A stretch of 45,694 nt of DNA from Myxococcota bacterium (GTDB lineage: Bacteria; Myxococcota_A; UBA796; CAJQPC01), in assembly GCA_036229005.1 (NCBI GenBank), contig JAZAMN010000005.1, positions 1 through 45,694 on the forward strand, written 5' to 3'. The position numbers were made by a program, and so were the translations under genes. Of this stretch, positions 13,255 through 22,382 are shown piece after piece. The notes under the pieces were generated by a model. That model was not told the origin of the DNA and made no database searches. It saw only the letters and a program-made list of their open reading frames with translations. Each line of letters starts with the position of its first letter. Positions within the stretch are counted from its first letter, which is position 1.

Positions 13255-13455
13255 TCAGAGCTCGCCGACGACGCCGGTCCAGCCGTAGAACACCCACGCC
13301 GCCTGGGCGATGCCCACGAGGGTGATCAGGATGCCCACGCCGCGCAGGAAGGTGTTGGTGTTGGTGCTCCAGCGCGGGCGCTCGTTCTCGCCCTTCATCT
13401 GCGCGGCGGCCATCATGCCGGTGCCGCCGAGCATGAGCAGAAAGCCCAGGAACAC
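13255..13455 (-). CDS. small 2-TM membrane protein (66 aa)
   Basis: 3' end of the shadow ORF 13255..15873. GAGGAGG SD lies 5 nt before GTG 13455. Two hydrophobic segments. Confidence 0.7.
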   Translation of the reverse strand: MFLGFLLMLGGTGMMAAAQMKGENERPRWSTNTNTFLRGVGILITLVGIAQAAWVFYGWTGVVGEL

Positions 13456-13626
13456 AATGACCTCCTCGGGCGTAGGGAGGATGTGACCCCCGCCGCGGCT
13501 GCAGGGTATCCGACGCGCTGCCCCCGGGCGGCCGCGCGGGGCCCGGATTTGCTCTGGCGCGGCGCACAAGGGCGTGTGATCCTGGACTCCCGCCTGCTCC
13601 CGCCGACTCCCCTCCCCCGGCCCTCC

Positions 13627-15894
13627 ATGCTCCTGTCTCTGTGCCTGCCCGCCCTCGCTGCGATCCCCTCTCCGGCCGACGGGCCCCTGGTGGCGCTGCC
13701 CCTCGACCAGCTCGAGCTGGCGCTGCCGCTGCCCCCCGCCACCCACGAGCTGCTGGCGGAGCGCTCGCACAGCCGGGCCATCTCCGCCCTGGAGTCGGTC
13801 CCCAGCTCGGAGCTGTCCGGAGCGCAGCACGCAGACCTGGCCTTCCTCCAGGCCTGGAGCCTGGTGCGCGCCGGCAAGGCGGCGGACGCGGCGGACCTGC
13901 TGGAGGCCCTGCAGAAGGCCCCCACCCCGCCCCAGGCCTACAAGGACCTGACCGCCGCGGAGATCCTGGCGGCCACGGGGCAGGAGGTGGCGGCGGCCCA
14001 GGCGCTGGAGGCCTTCGACCCCGCGCATCCGCTCTGGCCCCGCGCGATGCTGGTTCGGGCAGGCGCGCTCCGGGACGCGGGTAGAACGGCGGATGCCCGG
14101 GAGGTCTACGAGTCGCTGGCGGCTCGCCCGGACCCAGCCGAGGGCTCCGAGGTCGCGCTGCACGCCCTGGCGGTGCAGTCGGGGCTCAAGTCGGAGGCCT
14201 CCTACACCTACGACCGGCGGCTGTGGGCGGCCTACCCCCTGCATGCGGAGGGCAAGACGGCGGCCGAGCGGCTCAGCGAGTACGGCCCCTACCCCACCTG
14301 GCAGGAGACCGCGCTGCGGGCGGACCGGCTGATGGCGGCGGGCAAGTGGACCACGGCGATCGACACGGTGGTGACCAGCCGGGAGGCCATCCCGACGCCG
14401 GGCTCGGGCAGCGCCTCGCCGGAGGCCTGCATGGCCTGGTACGCCCACGGGCGGGCGCTGTTCAAGCTCAACCGGGTGACCGAGGCCAGCCGCATCCTGG
14501 GGCCCGCAGGACGCGACTGTCAGGGCCACGACGACGACCGCGGCGCCAAGGCGCTGTACCTGGCGGGCAAGAGCCTGGAGCGCAAGAAGGCCTGGGCGGC
14601 GGCGGCGGTGGAGTACGCGGCCATCGCGGAGCTCTACCCGGACAACAGCTACGCGGACGACGGCCTGGCGCTGGCCGGCATCGCCTGGCAGGAGGCCGGG
14701 GATCTGGGCCGCGCCCGGCAGCTCTGGGCGGACCAGGTGGCCCGCTACCCCGAGGGCGATCTGGCCGGCGAGGGCTACTGGCGGCTGGCCTGGGGCGCCT
14801 ACCTGGACGGCGAGACGGACAAGGCGATCCAGTGGGCGGACGCCGCCTCCGAGAAGGTCCCGCTCCAGGTGGACCCGATGCACGTGCGGGCGGCGATCTA
14901 CTGGTCGGCGCGCTGGCGGGCCTACCCTGACCTCGGAGACCCCACGGCGCTGAGCGGTGATGAGCAGGCGGTGGCCCAGGCGGTGGAGATCTGGCTGGAG
15001 ATGTGCCGCGAGAGCCCCTTCTCCCACTACACGATGCTGGCCGCGGCCCGGCTGCAGGAGCTGGACCCAGACGCGCTGACGGCCATCCCGCGCTGGCAGC
15101 CCACCGGTCTGGAGGACCCCTGGAAGGTGCGGCAGTCCTGGCTGGAGCAGGACAGCACGCAGGAGGCGCTGGCGCTGGCCCGCCTGGGGCTGCTCAAGGA
15201 CGCGCGGGTGCACTTTGGCGACCTGGACGCGATGCTCCCCAGCGAGGCGGCGGTGGTCACCGAGCTGCGCTGGGAGGCCGATGACTGGCTGATGGCGCAC
15301 TACGACTTCAAGCGCTTTTTGGCCCACCACCCGCCCGAGCTGCTGGGCGAGCAGCAGGCCAAGATCCTGACCCTGGGCTTCCCGCAGCAGTACTGGGAGG
15401 AGGTGGGCAAGGCGACCGCGGACTACGACTGGGACGGGCGGCTCTTCCATGCGCTGACCCGAGAGGAGTCGACCTTCAACAAGGACATCGTGAGCTGGGC
15501 GGGGGCGATCGGCCTCTCGCAGCTCATGCCCGCGACCGCCCAGGGTCAGGCCCGGCGCATGGGGCTCTCGGTGTCCAAGTCGGACCTGCGGGATCCCTAC
15601 ACGAACGCCCGGATCGGGGCGAACTACTTTGACTGGCTGATGAAGCGCTTTGACGGCAACCACTGGCTCGCGCTGGCCGGCTACAACGCCGGCGAGGGCA
15701 ACGTGGACAAGTGGCTCTCGCGCTTTGGGAACCTGCCCACGGACCAGTTCATCGAGTCCATCCCCTTCCGCGAGACGCGCAACTACAGCCGGCGCGTGTC
15801 CCGAAGCTGGCAGACCTACCACCTGCTCTACGACGGCGGGCCGGCCTTCCCGGACCGCAAGGCCTACAACCACGCGGTCAAGCCCGCGCCCTGA
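13627..15894 (+). CDS. soluble lytic transglycosylase (SLT domain) with TPR-like repeats
   Basis: REESTF catalytic Glu, GAIGLSQLMP, AGYNAG, IPFRETRNY. Helical repeats N-terminally. Start re-called to ATG 13627 (signal MLLSLCLPALA). Confidence 0.9.
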   Translation: MLLSLCLPALAAIPSPADGPLVALPLDQLELALPLPPATHELLAERSHSRAISALESVPSSELSGAQHADLAFLQAWSLVRAGKAADAADLLEALQKAPTPPQAYKDLTAAEILAATGQEVAAAQALEAFDPAHPLWPRAMLVRAGALRDAGRTADAREVYESLAARPDPAEGSEVALHALAVQSGLKSEASYTYDRRLWAAYPLHAEGKTAAERLSEYGPYPTWQETALRADRLMAAGKWTTAIDTVVTSREAIPTPGSGSASPEACMAWYAHGRALFKLNRVTEASRILGPAGRDCQGHDDDRGAKALYLAGKSLERKKAWAAAAVEYAAIAELYPDNSYADDGLALAGIAWQEAGDLGRARQLWADQVARYPEGDLAGEGYWRLAWGAYLDGETDKAIQWADAASEKVPLQVDPMHVRAAIYWSARWRAYPDLGDPTALSGDEQAVAQAVEIWLEMCRESPFSHYTMLAAARLQELDPDALTAIPRWQPTGLEDPWKVRQSWLEQDSTQEALALARLGLLKDARVHFGDLDAMLPSEAAVVTELRWEADDWLMAHYDFKRFLAHHPPELLGEQQAKILTLGFPQQYWEEVGKATADYDWDGRLFHALTREESTFNKDIVSWAGAIGLSQLMPATAQGQARRMGLSVSKSDLRDPYTNARIGANYFDWLMKRFDGNHWLALAGYNAGEGNVDKWLSRFGNLPTDQFIESIPFRETRNYSRRVSRSWQTYHLLYDGGPAFPDRKAYNHAVKPAP

Positions 15895-15914
15895 TTCGGG
15901 GTACCCTTTCGCCC

Positions 15915-16646
15915 ATGCCCATCGATCCCGCCGTCCTGGAAGACTTCGACCAGACCCAGAGGCGCGCCATCGCCTTGCTCTCCGACGTGCTCTCCGAGCT
16001 GGCCATCGGCCTCTCCGAGGTTGACGTGGACGAGCTCATCCGGGACCGCGCCCGCGATGCGGGGTTCGACCGCTGGTTCCACCCGCCCGAGATCCGCATC
16101 GGCGCCCGCGCAGCCCAGGACCGGATCCGGCCGCGCCCCAGCTCCAAGAGCCGCATCCAGTCGGGCGACCCGGTGGTGATCAGCCTGGCTCCGGCCACGG
16201 CGGACGCCTTCGGCGAGGTCGGCACGACGGTGGTGCTGGACGCCGACGAGCCCGAGCTGCTGGGCATCGCCCGGGAGTGCACCCGAGGCTGCGTGGGCTA
16301 CGCGAGCCACCTCAAGACCGTGGGTGAGCTCTTTGTGTTCGCCCGCGCCTGGGCGGTGAACCACCACCTCAAGCTGGCCAACCCGCGCAGCATCGGCCAC
16401 CGCCTGCTGCCCAAGGACGGCAGCCTGCGAGACCACGACTACCCGCACACCGCGCACTTTGCGACCTGGCTGCGCCGCCACCAGGTGCACTTCCTGAACC
16501 CCGCGCGGGTGGACGGGCTGTGGATGATGCGCCCCCTGCTCAGCGACGGGAGCAGCGCGGCGAGCTTCGCCGAGGTGGTCTACGTCAACGGGGATGACAA
16601 GCGCATCCTGGGCCGGGACTCGATGGAGGACATCGGCCGATTCTGA
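15915..16646 (+). CDS. M24 peptidase-like protein, probably lacking several metal ligands
   Basis: GLSEVD, WFHPP, GDPVVISLAP, GEVGTT, IGH and SFAEVV follow the M24 pita-bread pattern. Start ATG 15915. Confidence 0.6.
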   Translation: MPIDPAVLEDFDQTQRRAIALLSDVLSELAIGLSEVDVDELIRDRARDAGFDRWFHPPEIRIGARAAQDRIRPRPSSKSRIQSGDPVVISLAPATADAFGEVGTTVVLDADEPELLGIARECTRGCVGYASHLKTVGELFVFARAWAVNHHLKLANPRSIGHRLLPKDGSLRDHDYPHTAHFATWLRRHQVHFLNPARVDGLWMMRPLLSDGSSAASFAEVVYVNGDDKRILGRDSMEDIGRF

Positions 16647-16795
16647 GAAGCTGTCCACTCACAGATGACAGTTCCTCGTCTGGGGAGTAGAGTGCTGGCA
16701 TGTGGTGGATGCAGGTCAGCGCGAGACGGTGCAGCAGGGGGTCCGAGGGCCACCGCGCCCTCCCCTCAGAGACAGCCCTCCCCGCAGAGAAAGAA

Positions 16796-16834
16796 AGCCG
16801 CCGCCCCGGGTGCCTGGAGCGGCGGCTGCTCTTT
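16796..16834. terminator. GC-rich hairpin, possible terminator
   Basis: agccgccgc...gcggcggct stem with an A-rich 5' flank and a ctcttt 3' flank. Confidence 0.5.
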
Positions 16835-16983
16835 GAGCGGGCGAGTGACCTGACCCGCTCATGTGGAACTTGGCACGGCGCGCGTCACCCGTCCGTTTCA
16901 CGCCATTACACCAGGGCCGAAATGGGCCGCAACCGTGTCACTTTCCGGGACACTGCGTCCCATGAATCTGTTGGGAGAACGCC

Positions 16984-19023
16984 GTGATCCTCTGGCTGAC
17001 CATCGCCTGCAGCGCCGGAATGGAGGCGCCGCAAAAAAAGCGCCCCAGCGTGCTGATCGTGACCCTGGACACCACCCGGGCCGATCACCTGGGCCCCTAC
17101 GGCTACCCCTCCGCGGACACCCCCACGCTGGACCGCCTGGCCGAGCAGGGCATGGTGTTCGAGCGCGCCTACTCGTCCTGCCCGCTCACCATCCCCAGCC
17201 ACTCGACCATCTTCACGGGGCGCTTCCCGCCCTCGCACGGGGTGCGCGACAACGGCGACTTTGTGCTGGGCCCCGAGCAGGTCACCCTGGCCGAGCGCCT
17301 GGATGACGCGGGCTACCAGACGGCGGCGTTCACCTCGGCGTTCCCGACCCAGGCGCGCTGGGGCTTCGACCAGGGCTTTGACGTCTACCAGGACCCGCTG
17401 AGTCGGCTGCCCACCCAGCTCGACTGGCGCGACCAGCGCACCGCGGACGAGGTCGTGGACGGCGCGCTGGCCACCCTGCAGGGCTTCTCCCAGGACGAGC
17501 CGGTGATGGTGTGGCTGCACCTCTTCGACGCGCACTGGCCCTATGCGCCCCCCGAGCCCTACGCCTCCGAGCACCCGCGCAACCCCTACGACGGCGAGAT
17601 CGCGTTCGCCGACAGTCAGGTGGGCCGCCTGCTGGAGTGGTGGGACGAGACCCAGGGGCCCGACTCCATCGTCATCATCACCGCGGACCACGGCGAGGCC
17701 TTCGGCGACGGCGGCGAGCGCACCCACGGCTTCCTGCTTCACGACGGCACCCTGCGTGTCCCGATGATCGTGCGCGGCCCCGGGATCGCCCCCGGCGAGC
17801 GCAGCGACGACGTGGTCAGCCACGTGGACATCGTCCCCACCGTGCTCAACCTGGTCGACCTGCCCCTGGACGACCAGCTCCAGGGTCACGACCTGCGGGA
17901 GGGCGGCTCCGACGAGGTCTACTCCGAGGCGCTCACCGGCCAGTTCAACCTGGGCTTATCCGCCCTGCACAGCGTCACCCACGAAGGCGGCCGCTACACC
18001 GAGGGCGCCCACGGCGACTTCTACCCGGTGGTCAGCAATCGAATCCTCACCGTCCCCGACTCCACCGTCGATCTGGTCCCCGAAGAGCAGCGACTGGCCC
18101 TGCTGCGCGCCCGCCTGGACGAGGTCATCGCCCCCGGGGCCGGCCTGGACGAGCAGGCCTTCGAGCAGCTCATGGCCCTGGGCTACATGGGCGGCGACAT
18201 CCTGGCCGAGTCCGGCGAGATCGACCCCCGCGACGTCATCGATCTGGTGCCCCTGACCTGGCAGGCGCGGCAGCTCATGGGCATGGGCCAGCTCGCCGCC
18301 GCCGAGCGCGTGATCGCCAAGCTCGAAGAGGGCATGCCCGGGACCTACGGCGTGGACCAGCTCCGGGCCAGCCTGCTGCGCGCCCGCGGCGACCTGTCCC
18401 AGGCCAGCGAGGTGTTCGCGGACCTCTACATCCGCTCCCCCAGCTCCACGACGGCGCTCCAGCTCGGTGGCATCTACGCCTCCATCGGCGCCTGGGAGGA
18501 GGCCGAGGGCTGGTACCAGGAGGCCCTGGAGCACCAACCCAACTCCCCCGAGGCCATGGCCGGGCTGGTCCAGTGCGCAAAGAGCAAGGGCGAGACCGAG
18601 CGCGCCCGGGAGCTCGCCTGGCGCTGGCTGGAGGTCTACCCCGACCACGCCGAGCTCATGCTGGTGCTGGCCGAGCTGCACTTGATGGACGGCCGCCCCC
18701 AAGACGCCCTGCGCGAGGCCGAGAACGCCCTGCACGCCGGCATGGCCCGCTCCCCCTGGGCGATGTCCACCCTGGCCCAGGCCCTGTGGGAGACCGGACA
18801 GGCCGACGCCGCCATCGAGGCCCTCCAGGACGCCCTGGCCATGAACCGCTACAACCTGCCCGTGCGCGTTCGCCTGACCGAGTGCCTGCTCGAGGTCGGC
18901 CGCAACGCCGAGGCCGTGCGCACCATCGCCCCCCTGGGTCGCCTGATGCCGGAGGACGCGGAGATCCAGGCCCTCTGGGAGCGCGCGCAGCAGGCGCTGG
19001 AGACCGAGCGCGCGGGCGGATAG
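16984..19023 (+). CDS. sulfatase-like hydrolase/transferase with C-terminal TPRs, lipoprotein
   Basis: TLDTTRAD, PLTIPSH, DAHWPY, TADHGE, ALGY, followed by TPR repeats. Confidence 0.9.
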   Translation: MILWLTIACSAGMEAPQKKRPSVLIVTLDTTRADHLGPYGYPSADTPTLDRLAEQGMVFERAYSSCPLTIPSHSTIFTGRFPPSHGVRDNGDFVLGPEQVTLAERLDDAGYQTAAFTSAFPTQARWGFDQGFDVYQDPLSRLPTQLDWRDQRTADEVVDGALATLQGFSQDEPVMVWLHLFDAHWPYAPPEPYASEHPRNPYDGEIAFADSQVGRLLEWWDETQGPDSIVIITADHGEAFGDGGERTHGFLLHDGTLRVPMIVRGPGIAPGERSDDVVSHVDIVPTVLNLVDLPLDDQLQGHDLREGGSDEVYSEALTGQFNLGLSALHSVTHEGGRYTEGAHGDFYPVVSNRILTVPDSTVDLVPEEQRLALLRARLDEVIAPGAGLDEQAFEQLMALGYMGGDILAESGEIDPRDVIDLVPLTWQARQLMGMGQLAAAERVIAKLEEGMPGTYGVDQLRASLLRARGDLSQASEVFADLYIRSPSSTTALQLGGIYASIGAWEEAEGWYQEALEHQPNSPEAMAGLVQCAKSKGETERARELAWRWLEVYPDHAELMLVLAELHLMDGRPQDALREAENALHAGMARSPWAMSTLAQALWETGQADAAIEALQDALAMNRYNLPVRVRLTECLLEVGRNAEAVRTIAPLGRLMPEDAEIQALWERAQQALETERAGG

Positions 19024-19032
19024 CCCCCAGAC

Positions 19033-20268
19033 GTGCGGCCCCCTCCCGACAACGATCCGCGGATCGCAGACAGCCTGTCCTCGCTGACCCGCGGGGTGCG
19101 CGCTGGGGACCTGCGGACGATCGCCCGAGCGGTGGTCCAAGCCCGTGACGAGCGCCTCCCCCTCGCTCCCCTCGTCCTGCACGCGGCCTGGCTGGATGCC
19201 CGCCTGGGCCTCAACACGAGCTGGGTGCTCCCCCTGGCCGGCGTGGTCCTGGAGCGCCTGGGACAGGGGCAGGAGGAGTGGCTGCTGGGCACGCTCTACG
19301 AGGGCTGCGCCCACCTGCACCGCCGGGCACCCGCCCGCAAGACCTCCTCGGAGACCGAGCCCGCAGACGAGGACACCCTGCTGCAGCTCTGCGCCGACCC
19401 CAGCGCGGTGGTCCACCTGGGCAGCGTCGGGGCGGCCTTCACCCTGCTGGACGGCTGCGGCGCGACCCCGGCCCAGCGCACCCTGATCCTGGGGGGACTC
19501 CGGCGCACCATCACGGGCGGCGCCTCGGTTCACGGCCCCTGGCACACCCGACTGGAGGCCCTGGACCTGCGCGCCCTCCAGCGCGCCGCCATCACCGGCG
19601 CCCCCGCCTGGTTCGACCGCGGCAAGCTGCTCCACAGCCTGCTGCAGAGCCCCCCCGAGGCCTGCCTGGAGGCCTGGATCCACGCCATCCAGAGCGGCGT
19701 CCCCCTCCCCGATCTGGGCGAGATCCTGGTGGTCGCCGCCAGCCAACGCATGCTGCGCTTTGACATCGCCCACGAGTTCGATCGCACCCAGCCGCTGGGC
19801 TTCGGCGCCCTGAGCCGCACCCTGGAGCTTTGCGTGGCCCTGGCCCAGCGCCTCCAGGAGCCCTGCGGACCCGTGGCCGTCCCCCTGCTGCTCGCGGCGG
19901 TCTGGCGACTCAGCCACCTGGGCGGGCTGGACGGACAGGCGGTGGGGCTGCGCGAGCCGGCCTCGGGGGGCATCCCGGCCCTGGAGCGCGCCGCCTTCAC
20001 CCGGAACCCCGACCACGCCGTCGCCCTGGGCCGCGGGCTGTCGCGGGCGGAGCTGCTGGCCTTCCTGCGGCGGGAGTCCCTGGAGGAGCGGCTGGCGCTC
20101 CCTCAGAGTCGGGCCCTCAACCTCCTGGCTGTCCAGGCGGCCGAACATGGGTCGAGGCTCCTGGAGTCCGGCGAGGACAGGCTGCCGCTGCTCGCCGCGC
20201 TTCGCCTGCTGTGCTCCCCGCGGCAGGAGAGCGGGCTGGGGCGGGCGCTGGCGGCCGCGCGCGAGTGA
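19033..20268 (+). CDS. hypothetical all-helical protein
   Basis: Long ORF with host-like codon usage, 9 nt after the sulfatase stop. No confident family. Confidence 0.7.
   Translation: MRPPPDNDPRIADSLSSLTRGVRAGDLRTIARAVVQARDERLPLAPLVLHAAWLDARLGLNTSWVLPLAGVVLERLGQGQEEWLLGTLYEGCAHLHRRAPARKTSSETEPADEDTLLQLCADPSAVVHLGSVGAAFTLLDGCGATPAQRTLILGGLRRTITGGASVHGPWHTRLEALDLRALQRAAITGAPAWFDRGKLLHSLLQSPPEACLEAWIHAIQSGVPLPDLGEILVVAASQRMLRFDIAHEFDRTQPLGFGALSRTLELCVALAQRLQEPCGPVAVPLLLAAVWRLSHLGGLDGQAVGLREPASGGIPALERAAFTRNPDHAVALGRGLSRAELLAFLRRESLEERLALPQSRALNLLAVQAAEHGSRLLESGEDRLPLLAALRLLCSPRQESGLGRALAAARE
20127..20263 (+). repeat. 137-bp direct repeat, copy 1 (3' end of gene 19033..20268)
   Basis: Matches 21416..21552 with 4 mismatches by manual alignment. 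Confidence 0.95.
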
Positions 20269-20315
20269 GCGCCAGGTAGGCCCTGTAGCCCCGCGAGTCG
20301 CGGTGGCCGCGAGGC

Positions 20316-21374
20316 TCAGTCCCGTGTGCCCAGGAACATGCCCACGATCGCGGGGTCCACCTCGGCATGGCTGCCCCCTTCGGGGATGGGGACACCCGCG
20401 GTCCAGAGGATCCCGTTGAGCACCAGGCGGCGCTGGTGGCCTGCGTAGGGGGTCTGCTCGCTGTCGACCCAGTTCCCGTACCAGTGGCCACCGGTGAAGC
20501 CGAAGGAGCGGCCGCCGTCTCCCCGCTCGAAGCTCCAGGCCAGGGTCTCCGCCCGTCCTGGATGGGCGGCAGCCGAGCTGCTGCAGCGCTGCCCGTCTTG
20601 GGGTGTGGCCTTGAGCACCGGGCTGACCCCTGAGTCGGCGAACTGCAGGTTGAAGTACCACTCGTCGTCGATTGAGAACTCGTCGACGCCCTGATTTATC
20701 GGCGAGCCCTGGCCCTTGAGGTCGGCGGTCCAGAGGGGATTGCAGGACACCCCCTGCTCGTAGGCTCCCCCCAGCCAGCTCAGGCTCTGGGCGGACGGCG
20801 GAGAGTCGTACTCCACCGCATAGTGGAGGTTCACGAAGCCGCCCCCGCCGTCGATGTGCGCCTGGATTCGCCTGGCCCGCTCAGGCTGCAGGAAGGGGTG
20901 GTCCTCCCCGCCGTCGGCGTAGAGAACGATGGTGTCCGCATCATCCAGCACCGTGGAGTCCGCCGGCCAGCCATCGCGCACCAGGACCGGCACGACGCCA
21001 GGGTTCTGGCAGAGGGCCTGAGCCAGGATGGCCATGACCGAGACGAACTCATGCTGGCCGACGGGGTGATCGGAACTCTCGCCCGCGATCAGCACCACCC
21101 TGGCCAGCTCCGGGTCCTTGGGGGCGACCTCGAAGGGGATCACGCTCTGGTCGTAGGGGTCCGAGGGCGTGGCCCAAGGCTGGCAGATGGTCTCAGGTCC
21201 CGGAGGCCCCCCGGTGTCGGCGGTGTCCGTCTGACCGGTGTCCGTCCGACCGGTGTCCGTCTGGCCGGAGTCCGACAAATCGGTGTCCTGGGAGCGAGGG
21301 TCCGGCTCCGGCTGGGAGGCGTCGTTGACCCGGAGGCCCTTGCAGGCGAGAAAGAGCGGGAGCAAAGTCAGCAT
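20316..21374 (-). CDS. ThuA-like domain lipoprotein
   Basis: Lipobox FLAC, VLIAG..H..GQHE, GGGFVNLHYA, DEWYF, GRSFGFTGGH, LVLNGILW. Confidence 0.85.
   Translation of the reverse strand: MLTLLPLFLACKGLRVNDASQPEPDPRSQDTDLSDSGQTDTGRTDTGQTDTADTGGPPGPETICQPWATPSDPYDQSVIPFEVAPKDPELARVVLIAGESSDHPVGQHEFVSVMAILAQALCQNPGVVPVLVRDGWPADSTVLDDADTIVLYADGGEDHPFLQPERARRIQAHIDGGGGFVNLHYAVEYDSPPSAQSLSWLGGAYEQGVSCNPLWTADLKGQGSPINQGVDEFSIDDEWYFNLQFADSGVSPVLKATPQDGQRCSSSAAAHPGRAETLAWSFERGDGGRSFGFTGGHWYGNWVDSEQTPYAGHQRRLVLNGILWTAGVPIPEGGSHAEVDPAIVGMFLGTRD
21221..21265. repeat. 15-bp tandem repeat (x3) encoding the TDTG linker
   Basis: cggtgtccgtcYgRc occurs three times. Confidence 0.85.
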
Positions 21375-21415
21375 TCAAGCAGGCTACTCGGGCGAGCGCC
21401 CAGCAGGCAAGCGGC

Positions 21416-21552
21416 GGCTGTCCAGGCGGCCGAACATGGGGCGAGGCTCCTGGAGTCCGGCGAGGACAGGCTGCCGCTGCTCGCCGCGCTTCGCCTGCTG
21501 TGCTCCCCGCGGCAGGAGAGCGGGCTGGGGCAGGCGCTAGAGGCCGCGCGCG
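21416..21552 (+). pseudogene. 137-bp direct repeat, copy 2: orphan duplicate of the 3' end of gene 19033..20268
   Basis: Encodes AVQAAEHGARLLESGEDRLPLLAALRLLCSPRQESGLGQALEAAR with no plausible start of its own. Confidence 0.85.
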
Positions 21553-21564
21553 GCAACAGCCCCC

Positions 21565-21840
21565 TCAGAAGAGGGTGAGGCTCATCTCCGCGACCCCGGC
21601 GCGGGCGCGGACGGCCTGCTGGTATGCCGGCGAGTCGTACCAACGCCGCGCGGTCTCGGGGTCGTCGAAGGCGATCAGCGCCACGCGCTGCGCAGACTCG
21701 GCTCCCTCCAGGCTCTCCAGGACGGGGCCCTTGGCCAGCATTCTGCCGCCGTGCGCCTGGATGCTCGGCCCCGCGAGGCGGCGGTAGGCCTCGAAGGCGG
21801 CGGGGTCGTGGACGGTGGTGCGCACAAGAACATAGGACAT
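21565..21840 (-). CDS. DUF1330-family protein
   Basis: V.DPAAFEAY, HGGR, LEG, IAF, ARRWYDSPAYQ. Start ATG 21840 after AAGGAG. Confidence 0.9.
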   Translation of the reverse strand: MSYVLVRTTVHDPAAFEAYRRLAGPSIQAHGGRMLAKGPVLESLEGAESAQRVALIAFDDPETARRWYDSPAYQQAVRARAGVAEMSLTLF

Positions 21841-21853
21841 CGAACACTCCTTT

Positions 21854-21904
21854 GCTTCTCTTTTGGAAGCGCTCCTGAATATAGAGCGCTCTCGAATCAG
21901 AAGC
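21854..21904. promoter_or_regulatory. three abutting 17-bp imperfect palindromes, probable HxlR-family operator
   Basis: GCTTC-N7-GAAGC, GCTCC-N7-AGAGC and GCTCT-N7-GAAGC lie between the divergent genes. Confidence 0.65.
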
Positions 21905-21924
21905 AAGCGCGTTAGCCTCCCTCC

Positions 21925-22281
21925 ATGAGCAACACTCCCCGTCCTGGCGAACCCGTCCGCGGCTCCGAGACCGGCCGTCCCATCATGGCGCTCTTCGATC
22001 TGCTCGGCCGCACCTGGGCCATGGGCATCGTCTGGCAGCTTGCCGACGGCCCTCAGACCTTTCGGGGACTTCAAGCGCGCTGCGACGGCGTATCGGCCTC
22101 GCTGCTGAACCGGCGTCTCAAGGAGCTGCGGGAGAGCGCCTTGGTCACCCGGGGAGACCGGGGCTACGAGCTGACGCCGCTGGGCCTGGAGCTGTGGGGG
22201 CTGCTCAGGCCCATGGGCGACTTCTCGCAGCAGTGGGCCACCGCGCTGGGGGTCCCGGACTCCGCCGAGGAAGGGGTGTGA
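21925..22281 (+). CDS. HxlR-family winged-helix regulator
   Basis: LFDLLGRTWAMGIVWQL, F..LQ, LNRRLKEL, YELTPLG. Confidence 0.92.
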   Translation: MSNTPRPGEPVRGSETGRPIMALFDLLGRTWAMGIVWQLADGPQTFRGLQARCDGVSASLLNRRLKELRESALVTRGDRGYELTPLGLELWGLLRPMGDFSQQWATALGVPDSAEEGV

Positions 22282-22382
22282 TTCAGATGTCGTGGTTCGC
22301 CGCACCTCGCCGATGGAAGTCATTGAAATCCGTGGGTGGCACGCCAGATGCAACGGGGTAGACCACCCAGCCTGGAGACCCC

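Noticed and set aside
13456..15873. Most of the 872-aa minus-strand ORF, and the 13138 start for the transglycosylase
   Set aside because: The ORF is a shadow of the SLT gene. The upstream extension of the transglycosylase simply reads through the repeat array.
21868..21890. CIRCE-like AGCGCTC-N9-GAGCGCT
   Set aside because: Lacks the TTAGCACTC consensus, is not upstream of a chaperone gene, and is explained by the abutting 17-bp boxes.
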